Below, piece by piece: positions 38,426-48,146 of a stretch of DNA of 64,000 bases. Location: NCBI GenBank assembly GCA_965223855.1, contig CBDCXM010000009.1:1984001-2048000 (forward strand), read 5' to 3'. The notes under the pieces are model-generated. The model worked only from the letters and a program-made list of their open reading frames with translations. It had not been told where the DNA came from and searched no databases. A program made the position numbers and the translations under genes. This DNA comes from Candidatus Multivoradales bacterium (GTDB lineage Bacteria; Acidobacteriota; Thermoanaerobaculia; Multivoradales; JAHEKO01). The stretch's first letter is position 1; each line of letters opens with the position of its first letter.

Positions 38426-39355
38426 TCAGCTCCCCGTGCTGGTCGAGGCGTAGACCCGGCGCATCCAGGCGACCGTGCGCGCGACCCCCTCGTCGAGCTG
38501 AATGGTCGGCGCGTGGGCGAGGTCTCGAACCGCCCTCGAGACGTCGACCTTCTTGTTCTTCGTCGTAAAGGGCTCGGCCTCTCTGTACTCGACGAGCGAA
38601 TCGTCGATGCCGACAGCGGCGAGGATCAGGTCGGAGAGGGTCTTGATGTCGTGGTACTCGGTGCTGGCGATGTTGTAGACCTCGCCGGGGACGAAGTTGT
38701 CGATGATGTTCGCCATCGTTGTCGCCGTGTCGGTGATGTAGGACGAAGTGCGGTGATGATCCAGGTAGACCGTGTACGGCATGCCGTGGAGCGCCCGGTA
38801 GGTGAAGAGGCAGTTCACCGAGCGGTAGGGGCTGTAGTACTCCCCCTCGCCGTAGGTGTTGAACAGTCGGACGCGGACCGACTCGGTCCCGTGCATGGCG
38901 TGGGAGTTGAGGATCTGCTGCTCGTTGACCCACTTGGTGATCGCGTAGTCGTTGAGCTGACGGACCTCGAGATCGTCCATCACCGACTCTTCCATCACCC
39001 CCTCGTAGTCGCCGTAGACCTCCGAGCTCGAAGTGAAGACGAGCTTGAAGCCGAGCCTCTCCTGCATCCGGATCAGGTTCTTGGTGCCGATCGCGTTGGT
39101 CCGCCACAACGTGTCGTAGTAGTCCTCGCCGTTCCAGCGGCCGAACTCCGCCGCCAGGTGGTAGACGAAGTCGAACTCCGCCTTCTCGAAGGCGCGCTCG
39201 ACCTGCCGGAACGAGCCGACATCGCAGCGGACGTAGTGCGGGTCGTGATGATGCGGGAGGTCGGCGATCCAGACGTCGTGCCCGCGGTCGCGGAGGATCC
39301 GGACGAGGTGGCCGCCGACGACGCCGAGGCCGCCGGTTACGAGAATCGAACTCAT
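38426..39355 (-). CDS. NAD-dependent epimerase/dehydratase
   Basis: VTGGLGVVG, HLAAEFGR, SSSEVYG, NDYAITK, RLFNTYG. Confidence 0.9.
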   Translation of the reverse strand: MSSILVTGGLGVVGGHLVRILRDRGHDVWIADLPHHHDPHYVRCDVGSFRQVERAFEKAEFDFVYHLAAEFGRWNGEDYYDTLWRTNAIGTKNLIRMQERLGFKLVFTSSSEVYGDYEGVMEESVMDDLEVRQLNDYAITKWVNEQQILNSHAMHGTESVRVRLFNTYGEGEYYSPYRSVNCLFTYRALHGMPYTVYLDHHRTSSYITDTATTMANIIDNFVPGEVYNIASTEYHDIKTLSDLILAAVGIDDSLVEYREAEPFTTKNKKVDVSRAVRDLAHAPTIQLDEGVARTVAWMRRVYASTSTGS

Positions 39356-39479
39356 GGGAGGGATCAGTCCAGGGAAGGGCGCGTGGCTGCGCCGTGGCGT
39401 GAAGAGGCGGCGCCCGATAGTACCTGCTGAATCGGCGCCGCGGAAGGCGCGCCAGACCTGCTGAGGGAACCGCTACCGG

Positions 39480-40877
39480 TCAGCGACCAGGGGGCACCGG
39501 CTCCGTTCGCCGCTTCATCCGGTAGATCGATCGCTCGGACCCTTCGAGTCGCACGCGATCCTCGATTTCGAAGAGCGGCTCGAAGGCGGCCTCGAAGTGC
39601 GAACGATCGTAGCCGGGGAAGACATCGGCTCGCGAGGAGAGCAGGCGGTCGACCTGCGAGTCGCTCTTCGGCACCCACTCGATGACGAGGTTGCGCGAGC
39701 AGTCGGCGAACCATGCGGCGAGCATCGGCAGCGGGACGTTGTTGCCGATCGCCAGGTGGTGGACGAGAGCGAGCGCCAGCACCAGGTCGGCAGGGCCGCG
39801 GTCGAGGAGACTGCTGCGCTCGCGGTGGTGCCAACCGAGCGCCGGGCTCGGGTTGGTGAGATCGATCTTGAGCGGCAGCAGCGTCGAACTGCGCTGCTCG
39901 CAGGAACGCTCGTAGGCCCCTTCGACCGCGCGCCAGTCGCCGTCCATCGCGACGGTCGGAATGCCTCGCTCGGACGCGAGCGCCGAGAAGCGGGCGTCGT
40001 TGGCACCGAGATCCCACACCTCGGCCGGCGCGAGCGCATCGAGTGCCGCCTCCACCACCGAGGCCTTGTGACGAGCCGCCTCGTCGTCGTAGTTGGTCGC
40101 CTCGTAGTAGCGGCCCCATTCGGTCGACCCGCTCGGCGAGCGGAGCCGGCGCACGGCCGCAGCAAGGCTTTCCACCAGGCCCTCCCGGGCCTGCCGGGAG
40201 ACACGAAAGCTCTCGGCGGCGCGGCCCGAGCCGGCCATCCGGCGTTGGCTCGCGGCATGGAGGAAGAGATGAGAGAGGAGGCCGAAGCGCAGCCGGGCGC
40301 GCCGCGGCAGGAGTCGGGCTGCCAGATCGAGCGGCACGCCGTCGAGATGGGCTTTCAGGAGATCGCTGGTCCTCGGGTCGCGGAAGCTTGCGAGCGCGAG
40401 GGGGGCGAGGAAGTGCTGACAGAACTGCCGGTAGGCGACCCAGGGTCTGCCCTCCCGGTAGCGCTCGAACGAGAGGGTGTCGATGAGCACCGGCCGCGAG
40501 CCGCGGAACTGCACGTTGTAGGCGGAGGCATCCTTGAGGGACATGCCGTGGGCCAGGGCGAGTCGCTCGACGTCGAGGGTAAGGAGGGCCGCGTCCCTCA
40601 GCTGAGCGAAGCACCACTCGTACGGGTAGGAGATGAACGGGACGACCTCCGGCCGCAGGATCCGCCACGCGTCGGCACCGGCGGCGGGATCGGTTTCAAC
40701 CTCGTGGTGAGCGACCAGCCAGCCGCGCTCGGTCAGAGCGGCGTAGAGACCCGAGTCGACGAGTTGTTCGTAGTCGTCCCGGTAGGAGGCGCCGACGTGG
40801 CGGTAGAGGACCCCGTCTCGGCGGAAGACGAAGCCGCTCGGATCCCGGAACGAGGCGGGGTCGCGCGCCTCGCTCAC
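39480..40877 (-). CDS. NoeA-like protein: N-terminal kinase-like domain plus C-terminal SAM methyltransferase
   Basis: SFRDPSG, ISYPYEW, LKDASAYNVQF, LIDTLSF; then WDLGAN and LALALVHHL. Confidence 0.8.
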   Translation of the reverse strand: MSEARDPASFRDPSGFVFRRDGVLYRHVGASYRDDYEQLVDSGLYAALTERGWLVAHHEVETDPAAGADAWRILRPEVVPFISYPYEWCFAQLRDAALLTLDVERLALAHGMSLKDASAYNVQFRGSRPVLIDTLSFERYREGRPWVAYRQFCQHFLAPLALASFRDPRTSDLLKAHLDGVPLDLAARLLPRRARLRFGLLSHLFLHAASQRRMAGSGRAAESFRVSRQAREGLVESLAAAVRRLRSPSGSTEWGRYYEATNYDDEAARHKASVVEAALDALAPAEVWDLGANDARFSALASERGIPTVAMDGDWRAVEGAYERSCEQRSSTLLPLKIDLTNPSPALGWHHRERSSLLDRGPADLVLALALVHHLAIGNNVPLPMLAAWFADCSRNLVIEWVPKSDSQVDRLLSSRADVFPGYDRSHFEAAFEPLFEIEDRVRLEGSERSIYRMKRRTEPVPPGR

Positions 40878-41122
40878 GAACCTGGCGAGTCGTCGTCGCT
40901 GGGCTTCGTCTTCGGGGAGTCGCGGCGGAAGAAACCGACGATGCGGCGCCAGTAGGTACGAATCGCCATGCCGGCTGCCAGCAGGCCGGCGAGGACCGCC
41001 TGCAGCAGGAAGCTGCCGCTACCCGGGTCGATGTAGGCTTGCGCGGTCGATATCGGGACCAGCAGGATTCCGAGGGCAAGAACGACGACTCGTTCGGGAG
41101 ACCGCTGAGACCGTTTCCGCAT
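40874..41122 (-). CDS. Small membrane protein with an AYIDPGSGS motif
   Basis: 82 aa: signal-like segment ending AQA, then YIDPGSGSFLLQ, a TM helix and a basic/acidic tail. Its stop overlaps the NoeA-like start. Confidence 0.8.
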   Translation of the reverse strand: MRKRSQRSPERVVVLALGILLVPISTAQAYIDPGSGSFLLQAVLAGLLAAGMAIRTYWRRIVGFFRRDSPKTKPSDDDSPGS

Positions 41123-41132
41123 CAGCGGGATT

Positions 41133-41822
41133 CTAGTCGAGTGGGATGCGACCGCCCTCGCCGGCCGCCCACGGGAAGAGCGTCGCAAACCCGGTCAGGT
41201 CGGAGAGACGCGGGCCGTCGTAGTCGGAGAAACGGTCCGCCTGCTCCGGCGTTTCGCGCAGGCAGAAGGCGGCGCCGGAGGCGAGGGCGGCGTCGTAGTC
41301 GGTGCGACCGTCGCCGAGGAAGAGAAGGGCTTCGGGCTTGACGTCGAGGTCGGCGGCGAGGGCGCGCAGGATCGGCTCCTTGCGCCGCGGTGAGCCGTGG
41401 ATGCCAGCGAAGCGCCCGGCCCAGCCGCGCGCCGTCACGAGGCGGACGAGCTCTTCCTCCGGGATCCCGGAGGCGATGAATCGAGGGATCGCGAGTCGCT
41501 CCAGGAGATCTAGCAGCGCCGTCGTGCCCTGCACCTCCGGGCACTCGCGAGCGCGCTCGAAGACGAGACGGGAGAAGGCGGTGCCGAGCTCTTGCAGCCG
41601 GTCCCGACCAGGCACCCGGCCGAGCAGGTGCTCCTCGATCCAGCGGAACTTCTCGAAGCGAGACGCTCCTAGGTGCCGCTGGTGATGATCGACGATCGCC
41701 CGGTGGTGCTCGGGGTGATCCGGGTAGAGGGCGACGAAGGCCTCGGTCTTGATCTCGACCGATTCGATCAGCACTCCGTCGCAGTCGAAGACGACGGCGG
41801 CCGGCCTCGAGAGCTCGCTCAA
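41133..41822 (-). CDS. HAD-family phosphatase
   Basis: FDCDGVLIES, ASG, GSP..K, LGDGRTD. Confidence 0.88.
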   Translation of the reverse strand: MSELSRPAAVVFDCDGVLIESVEIKTEAFVALYPDHPEHHRAIVDHHQRHLGASRFEKFRWIEEHLLGRVPGRDRLQELGTAFSRLVFERARECPEVQGTTALLDLLERLAIPRFIASGIPEEELVRLVTARGWAGRFAGIHGSPRRKEPILRALAADLDVKPEALLFLGDGRTDYDAALASGAAFCLRETPEQADRFSDYDGPRLSDLTGFATLFPWAAGEGGRIPLD

Positions 41823-41823
41823 C

Positions 41824-42540
41824 TCAGAGCTCGCGGACGCCGGGCAGCGCACTCAGCCACCACTCGGAGACGCCGAGGTCGAGGTGGGTGTGGATATCGC
41901 GCCCGGTGACCCAGTTGCGGACGATCGGCTTCGACCGCCGGCCCATCCACCACCATGGGTTCGGCCCGTCGCGACGATCGACCGTTGTGTGACGGAACGC
42001 CCAGACGCCCTGGTCGTAGTAGTACGCGCGCGGGTAGGACTGGCGCTCGGTCGAGACGTCTCTCTCCCCGCCGTAGGGGGCGAGGACGCCGTCGACGATC
42101 TCGAGCGCCCGCAGCGGGTGGTCGTCCGCCGCCTCCCACACCGTCATGACGGAGTCGAGCGTCGGGTCGGCGTCGAGCTCGGCGAGACAGCGGTCGATCA
42201 GCTCGCCGTCGACCATCACGGTGTTGCCTAGCAGAAGGACGACGTTCGCGAGATCGGGGTGGATCTCGCGCACCCGGTGCACGGCGTCCCGGATGACGTC
42301 TCCATGGTTCACCGTGTCGCCGCCGAGCTCGTCGGGGCGCTCGAGGACCTCGGCGCCGGCGTCGAGGGAGGCGACGGCGATCGCTTCGCCGTCGGTCGAG
42401 ACGAACACGGCGTCGATTCCCTCGGCTTCCTGCGCCGCGGCGATCGGGTAGGCGACGAGAGGCCTGCCGGCGACCGGGTGGACGTTCTTGTCGCGGATCG
42501 ACTTGCTGCCGGCGCGGGCGGTGACGATCGCGGCGTTCAC
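41824..42540 (-). CDS. NeuA/KdsB-like cytidylyltransferase
   Basis: ARAGSKSIRDKN..AGRPL, VSTD, ERP, DIH..D. Confidence 0.88.
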   Translation of the reverse strand: MNAAIVTARAGSKSIRDKNVHPVAGRPLVAYPIAAAQEAEGIDAVFVSTDGEAIAVASLDAGAEVLERPDELGGDTVNHGDVIRDAVHRVREIHPDLANVVLLLGNTVMVDGELIDRCLAELDADPTLDSVMTVWEAADDHPLRALEIVDGVLAPYGGERDVSTERQSYPRAYYYDQGVWAFRHTTVDRRDGPNPWWWMGRRSKPIVRNWVTGRDIHTHLDLGVSEWWLSALPGVREL

Positions 42541-43409
42541 GCCCGTGTCTCGCGGTCGATCTCGTCGAGCATTTGCAGGAGCCCCTGCCCCATGTCGACA
42601 TAGCAGTCGGAGGTGAGTTTGCGCCCGACCTTGGGGGAGAAGGAGTACGGGGTCATCCGGTAGTGCTCCTCCGACGGTTCGGTGTAGTCGATCGACAGAT
42701 CGCGGCCGAGGATCTCGGAGAACATGGTGAAGAGATCGCGCAGCCGCAGCGGATGCGGCCCCGACAGCGTCAGCGCCTGGTTGGCGAACTGCGGCTCGAG
42801 GGCGCGCACGCTCAGTCGCGCGGCGTCCTCGACGTGAATGTAGTCGCGCGCATCGTCCGGCGTGCCGGCATGGGCGATCGCACCTTCCTGGAACGCGGCC
42901 TTCAGCAGCCGGTGCACGCCGTTGGAGCGGTCGGCGCGGGGGCCGTAGAGGCTGCCGTAGCGCAAGATCGTGTACTCGAGCCCGTAGCGGCGCTGGTACT
43001 CCTCGGTGTACGCCTCGCACGCCTGTTTGCTGCAGCGGTAGAAGCCGCCGGCGCGACTGTAGACGTAGACGGTGCTCGCCAGCACGAACCGCTCCGCGCC
43101 GGCCTGCCGAGCCGCCTCGAGGGCGTGGACGGTGCCGACGACGTTGGTCTCGGCCGTCTCGACGGGGGAGTCGCCCGCCTCGTCGAGGTCGGCCGCCGCC
43201 GCGAGATGGAAGACGGCGGAGCAGCCCTTCGCCGCTTCGGTCAGCGCCTCAAGGTCGCGGACGTCGCCGTCGAACATCGTTTGCCCCTGGGTGAGGTAGG
43301 GGGAAGCGGTGCGGTCGAAGACGACGACCTCGTGACCCGCCGCGACGAGAGCGTCGGCGACGAAGGAACCGAGGAACCCGGAACCGCCGGTGACGAGCGC
43401 TCGGCTCAT
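42537..43409 (-). CDS. NAD-dependent epimerase/dehydratase
   Basis: VTGGSGFLGS, ASTVYVYS, FYRCSK, RYGSLYGPR. Confidence 0.9.
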   Translation of the reverse strand: MSRALVTGGSGFLGSFVADALVAAGHEVVVFDRTASPYLTQGQTMFDGDVRDLEALTEAAKGCSAVFHLAAAADLDEAGDSPVETAETNVVGTVHALEAARQAGAERFVLASTVYVYSRAGGFYRCSKQACEAYTEEYQRRYGLEYTILRYGSLYGPRADRSNGVHRLLKAAFQEGAIAHAGTPDDARDYIHVEDAARLSVRALEPQFANQALTLSGPHPLRLRDLFTMFSEILGRDLSIDYTEPSEEHYRMTPYSFSPKVGRKLTSDCYVDMGQGLLQMLDEIDRETRA

Positions 43410-44335
43410 GACGAGCGCTTGAGGAGTCGAATCAGGTTATCCACGGCTTCCAGCTCCATCGCGACCCTGCCTTCCACGGCGTAGGAGCCGATGTGAGGGG
43501 TCAGCAGGACCCTATCGAATCCGGCCAGCGGGCCCGAGTAGGGCTCGTCCTCGAAGACGTCGAGATAAACGCCGCCCAGCCGATCGTTCCTGAGTGCCGC
43601 GAGTAGGGCCGCTTCGTCGATGAGCGAGCCTCGTGCGCAGTTGACGAGCAGGCCGTCGGGGCGCATCGCTTCGAGCTCCTGCGGGCCGATCAGGTGCCGG
43701 CTCCCTCTCTCGATATCGGCGTGGAGGGTGACGATGTCGCTCTCCTTCAGCAGGCGATCGAGTGCGACGAGCTCGATACGGTGTGCCTCCGCGAAGGCGA
43801 GATCCGGTCGTGGCTCGCTCGCCAGCAGGGAGACCTCGAAGGGTGCGAGCAGGTCGGCGAGGCGTCTGCCGGTACGGCCGAGCCCGACGATGCCGACGCT
43901 GCGGCCCCTGAGAAGGCGTCCCATCGGTTTCGACCAGCGGCCCGCGCGGAGGTAGCGATCGGCCGTCGAGACGTGGCGGAGCAGGTCGAGAATGCCGGCC
44001 AGCGCCAGCTCGGCGACGGCATCGACATGGGCCGACTCGGTGTGCGCGACGGCGATGCCGAGCTCGTCGGCCGCCGCGAGGTCGACGTTGTCGATCCCCA
44101 CGCCGCAACGGGAGATCGCCCGCAGTCGCGGGCACTGCTCGAGCACCTCGCGGTCGAGCGGCTCGGTTCCGGCGATGAGCCCCTCCGCGGAGCCCGCCAG
44201 CTCGACGACCTCGGACGCGCTGAGCTTGCGGCCGTGGGGGTTGAGAGAGATCTCGAAGCCTGGAGCACGCAGCCGTTCGAGCGGCTCTGAGTCGTATCGA
44301 CCGAAGGTGCTCGTCGAGACGGCGACGAGCCGCAT
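43406..44335 (-). CDS. D-isomer 2-hydroxyacid dehydrogenase (SerA-like)
   Basis: AGTE, SRCGVGIDNVD, GIVGLGRTG, NCARG, LDVF..EP, TPHIGS. Confidence 0.9.
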   Translation of the reverse strand: MRLVAVSTSTFGRYDSEPLERLRAPGFEISLNPHGRKLSASEVVELAGSAEGLIAGTEPLDREVLEQCPRLRAISRCGVGIDNVDLAAADELGIAVAHTESAHVDAVAELALAGILDLLRHVSTADRYLRAGRWSKPMGRLLRGRSVGIVGLGRTGRRLADLLAPFEVSLLASEPRPDLAFAEAHRIELVALDRLLKESDIVTLHADIERGSRHLIGPQELEAMRPDGLLVNCARGSLIDEAALLAALRNDRLGGVYLDVFEDEPYSGPLAGFDRVLLTPHIGSYAVEGRVAMELEAVDNLIRLLKRSS

Positions 44336-45651
44336 CAGGCGCGCACCACGTTCGGCGTCCCCTTCGGCAGCGCCCGTCTGGTGTCGATCACCAGTCGTGC
44401 GTGCCGCTTCACCAGGTCGTAGTCGACGTCGGAGTGGTCGGTCACCACCACCACGGCGTCGTAGCTCTCGAGCGTCTCGGCATCGAGAGGTACCGATCGC
44501 TTGTCCGGCAGATCGCTCCAGCTCCGCATCCGCGGCGCCTCGGGGAAGTAGGGGTCGTGGTAGTCGATGCTCGCCCCCTCGGCGTCGAGCAGCGAGAGAA
44601 TCTCGAAGGCCGGGCTCTCGCGCGGATCGGCGACGTCCGCCTTGTAGGCGATCCCCAGCAGCAGGACACGGCGATCGGTCAGGTCGTCGCTGCCGAGAGC
44701 CCGCTTGAGGCGGGAGACGACGTGCCTGGGCATCTCGATGTTGACCTCGCCCGCCAGCTCGATAAAGCGTGGTTCGAGACCATGTTGCCGAGCCTTCCAG
44801 GAGAGATAGAACGGATCGATCGGAATGCAGTGCCCACCCCAGCCGGGCCCGGGATTGAACCTCATGAAGCCGAACGGCTTGGTCTCGGCGGCGTCGAGCA
44901 CGTCCCAGACGTCGATCTCCATCGCGTCGAAGACGACCTTGAGCTCGTTGACGAGCGCGATGTTCACCGCCCGGAAGATGTTCTCGAGAAGCTTCGAGGC
45001 CTCCGCCGTGCGCGCGTCGGCGACCCTGACGATCTCGACCACCGCCTGCTCGTAGAGCGCTTCGGCGAGATCGCCGGCGGCCTCGTCGACGCCACCCACG
45101 ACCTTCGGGATGACGCGGGTGGAGAAGCTGGGGTTGCCGGGATCCTCGCGCTCGGGAGAGTAGGCGAGGAAGACATCCTCGCCGACCGTGAGGCCCGACG
45201 ACTCGAGCAGCGGCAGCAGGAGTTCCTCGCAGGTCCCGGGGTAGGTCGTCGACTCCAGCACTACCAGTTGCCCCGGTCTCAGAATGGCGGCGATCGCCTC
45301 GCCGCTAGCCTGGACGAAGCGCATGTCGGGCTGCCGCTCGGCGTCGAGCGGCGTCGGCACGCAAATCAGGATCGCGTCGGCCTCAGCGAGCCGGCCGAAG
45401 TCGGAGGTCGCCTCGAAGGACCGCGCCTCGACCGCCTTCCTGACGCCCTCCTCTTCGATGTGGTCGATGTAGCTTTCCCCGGCGTTCAGGGTGGCGACCT
45501 TTTCCGGATCGACGTCGAAGCCGAGGACCGGGAAACCAGCCTCGACGAAGGTGAGAGCCAGCGGCACACCGACGTAGCCGAGGCCGACGATGCCGACCTT
45601 CGACGATCGGTCCTGGATCTTCTCGAGAAGCGCGCGGGCGGTTTCGTTCAC
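44335..45651 (-). CDS. UDP-GlcNAc/ManNAc 6-dehydrogenase (WbpA/WecC/TviB family)
   Basis: GLGYVG, CVPTP, ESTTYPG, SPEREDPGN, GGHCIPIDP, YKAD..DPRESP. Confidence 0.93.
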   Translation of the reverse strand: MNETARALLEKIQDRSSKVGIVGLGYVGVPLALTFVEAGFPVLGFDVDPEKVATLNAGESYIDHIEEEGVRKAVEARSFEATSDFGRLAEADAILICVPTPLDAERQPDMRFVQASGEAIAAILRPGQLVVLESTTYPGTCEELLLPLLESSGLTVGEDVFLAYSPEREDPGNPSFSTRVIPKVVGGVDEAAGDLAEALYEQAVVEIVRVADARTAEASKLLENIFRAVNIALVNELKVVFDAMEIDVWDVLDAAETKPFGFMRFNPGPGWGGHCIPIDPFYLSWKARQHGLEPRFIELAGEVNIEMPRHVVSRLKRALGSDDLTDRRVLLLGIAYKADVADPRESPAFEILSLLDAEGASIDYHDPYFPEAPRMRSWSDLPDKRSVPLDAETLESYDAVVVVTDHSDVDYDLVKRHARLVIDTRRALPKGTPNVVRA

Positions 45652-45820
45652 GGAGCGGGGAGGGAGATCGAGAGCGACGACCGTCCGGAGCGCCGGGCGG
45701 CAGGGAGGAGCCCGGCCCGGAGAGGAGGGTGTCGGGAGACGTTTGGAAGTGAAGTCCGCCCGAGCTCGAGCTGCGGTGGTCAGGCTTCGGCAGGAGCCGC
45801 GCCGGACGTCACAGGGAGGC

Positions 45821-46576
45821 TCAGGGCTGACGAGGCGATGCCGGCGGCGTGTGCTCGATGATCGCGCCGGAGACGACCCCGGAAGCGACCGATGCGAGCG
45901 GTGGCACGAAGCCGAAGCCGACCACGCATGCGCGGCAGAACTCGTCGGGGTGCAGAATCCTCTCGGTGTCGATACGGGTGACGATGCCGTCACACAGCCA
46001 GTGGAAGACTTCCTTGTCGGCCTGAGCGGTCGAGGTCTCGCCGACGGTGAGGTTGTCGGCCCAGCCGCGCTGGCGGGGCGTGAGCGGCTCGCGGCAGTCC
46101 TCGTCGAGGACCGACACGAGTTGGGTCTCGGAGCGCCCTCGAACCTCGCCTGCAGCGTCGTAGACGGCGACGTAGTACTCGGCGGCCTCCTGGCCCTGGT
46201 CTTCGAGGTAGTCCTCCAGCCAGTCGCGGTCCCGGTCCTTCATCCAGTCGCGGGTCTCGAGGATCTCCCACCAGTCGTCGGTGAGGTGATGCTGCTCGCG
46301 ATTCTCGGGGCGCGGAAACGTCGTCCAGTAGCGGTCGTCGCCCGACGCGGCGCTGCCGACGTAGTAGAAGGCGCCTACGGGGTTGAGGCGACGGAAGTAC
46401 AGGCGGACGTCGTCTCCGCCCTCCAGACCGCCTACGGCGGCTTCGAGCACGGCGTTGGCCTCGAGCGGCAGGCACTCGATCGGCGTGAGATCAAATGTGG
46501 GCTCGGCGGCCCAGGCAACGGGCGTCAGGGCCAGCGCCACTCCCGCCGCGGCAATATAGCGAAGCATAGACAGCAT
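45821..46576 (-). CDS. Secreted acidic hypothetical protein with a C-terminal hydrophobic segment and ASPRQP tail
   Basis: Signal peptide ending VAWA-A, and its own upstream promoter. Confidence 0.75.
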   Translation of the reverse strand: MLSMLRYIAAAGVALALTPVAWAAEPTFDLTPIECLPLEANAVLEAAVGGLEGGDDVRLYFRRLNPVGAFYYVGSAASGDDRYWTTFPRPENREQHHLTDDWWEILETRDWMKDRDRDWLEDYLEDQGQEAAEYYVAVYDAAGEVRGRSETQLVSVLDEDCREPLTPRQRGWADNLTVGETSTAQADKEVFHWLCDGIVTRIDTERILHPDEFCRACVVGFGFVPPLASVASGVVSGAIIEHTPPASPRQP

Positions 46577-46635
46577 CCCCCTTCGAATCAGCAGGCTCCT
46601 TGGAACTGCTCTCCCCTTCCTGCGTACGCGGGCGA

Positions 46636-46665
46636 AGCATACGTTTCGCCGGTGGATGGCGTCAA
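46636..46665 (-). promoter_or_regulatory. Sigma70-like promoter
   Basis: TTGACG-N18-TATGCT on the minus strand, upstream of 46576. Confidence 0.55.
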
Positions 46666-46702
46666 CCTCGACGGGCCGGAGCCGAGACGTTTGGCGCGCC
46701 GC

Positions 46703-48136
46703 TCAACGCGGCAGAATGACGGCCCGATAGCGCTCGACGATGTCGGTTCTCTCGAGTCGCGGGAGCACCCTCGCGAGGGCCTTCGCCGCCGCCTCTGTGT
46801 CCCCCGATTCGAAGAGCGCGACGGCCAGATAGAAGCCGATTTCGGGCCGGTCCGCGGCGCTGCCGGCCCTCCGAAAGGCGTCGACAGCACGCTGCCAGGC
46901 GCCTGCCCGGTAGGCAGCTTCGCCCGCCAGCAGCTGCGGCTCCGGATCGTCGGTGTGTCGAGCGGCCAGGTCGAGCGCTTCCCGCTCGACCTGTTCCAGG
47001 GCCTCGTGGGTGGCGGCATCGTCGAGCTGGCGGCGAAGTCGGGACAGGTCGGCGGCGCTCGCCAGGGTCGGCGATTCGGTCTCCCTCGATCCGTGAGCGG
47101 GTGACTCGACTGCGGACGCCTCGTCCGGCGCTGCAGGCCTGGTCAAGGCTTCGTTCACGGCTCCAGAAGGAGCAGCCTGAGGGAGGGTGGGGCGGGCGAG
47201 AGGCGCCACCTCCGTCTCGTCTCCGAGCTGGGCGACGATCCGGCGCTCGCGGCGAGCGAACGGCCGTTCGATCCGTCTCGTCTCGGGGAGGTGGACGACG
47301 ACCGATCCCGCCTCGCTCCAGCGGCCGGCCGCGGTGAGGCAGTCGAGGGTCAGGAGCAGCTCCTCGTCCGGCAGTTCCGGGAGCTCGCAGTGGCTCAGGC
47401 TCTCGAGGTTGGGACACTCCCCGGCCTGCAGCGTCGCGCGCTCACGCCAGCACAGCGGGCGAGGGTCGGACGGGAAGCGCCGGGCGAGGACGTCGATCAC
47501 GGGCACGGCACGCGGCCCCTGCCCGACGTCGATCGCCGTGGCGGCCAGAGACAGGCTCCAAGTCGCGTCGGCTGGGTCGGCGGCTGCGAGCCGTTCGAGT
47601 TCGCCGAGGCGCTCCTCGGTGGGGAGCGCCTCGAGTCGCTCGAGCCGCTGGCGTCGGAGGATCCCGGCGAACGCCGGCTGCGATGCGAGGGTCGCTTCTT
47701 CGATCCACTCCGCGGCGAGTGTTTCGAAGCGCTCGCGCAGCGCGTCGTTCGGCAGCCGCGCGTAGCTCCCGTAGACGGTGTCGGCTTCGAGAACGCTGCG
47801 GAACGCCTCGTCGAAGGCCGCCGCACCGGCGTTCTCGCCGCGGGCGACGGCGTGCGCGACTCGCGCCCGGGTCAGCAGTTCCGGCGTATCGAGCAGCCCG
47901 AACGCAGCGAGCTCGAGCGAGCGCTCGGCCCGGGCCGCGTCGCCGGAGTCGAGCCATCGGAGACCCTGCTCGAGGAGGCCCCGGTAGAAGGGATCCGCCT
48001 CGCCCGCCGCTCCCGACGGGGACGGGAAGGCGGTCGCCAGCAGGAGCGAGGCGACGACCAAGACGGGACGCGAAAGGTCTGCCAACCGGCGCAGGCCGGG
48101 CGACCGCTCCGATCCGATGGGCGGTGAGGACTCCAT
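46703..48136 (-). CDS. Secreted TPR-repeat protein
   Basis: Signal-like N-terminus and helical repeats such as LAGEAAYRAGAWQRAVDAF..FYLAVALFESG. Confidence 0.72.
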   Translation of the reverse strand: MESSPPIGSERSPGLRRLADLSRPVLVVASLLLATAFPSPSGAAGEADPFYRGLLEQGLRWLDSGDAARAERSLELAAFGLLDTPELLTRARVAHAVARGENAGAAAFDEAFRSVLEADTVYGSYARLPNDALRERFETLAAEWIEEATLASQPAFAGILRRQRLERLEALPTEERLGELERLAAADPADATWSLSLAATAIDVGQGPRAVPVIDVLARRFPSDPRPLCWRERATLQAGECPNLESLSHCELPELPDEELLLTLDCLTAAGRWSEAGSVVVHLPETRRIERPFARRERRIVAQLGDETEVAPLARPTLPQAAPSGAVNEALTRPAAPDEASAVESPAHGSRETESPTLASAADLSRLRRQLDDAATHEALEQVEREALDLAARHTDDPEPQLLAGEAAYRAGAWQRAVDAFRRAGSAADRPEIGFYLAVALFESGDTEAAAKALARVLPRLERTDIVERYRAVILPR

Positions 48137-48146
48137 GGTGTCTTCC

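Noticed and set aside
39468-39482. ops/JUMPstart-like element (minus-strand CCGGTAGCGG)
   Set aside because: It is only a partial match to GGCGGTAG, and no RfaH/NusG paralogue is present in the window.
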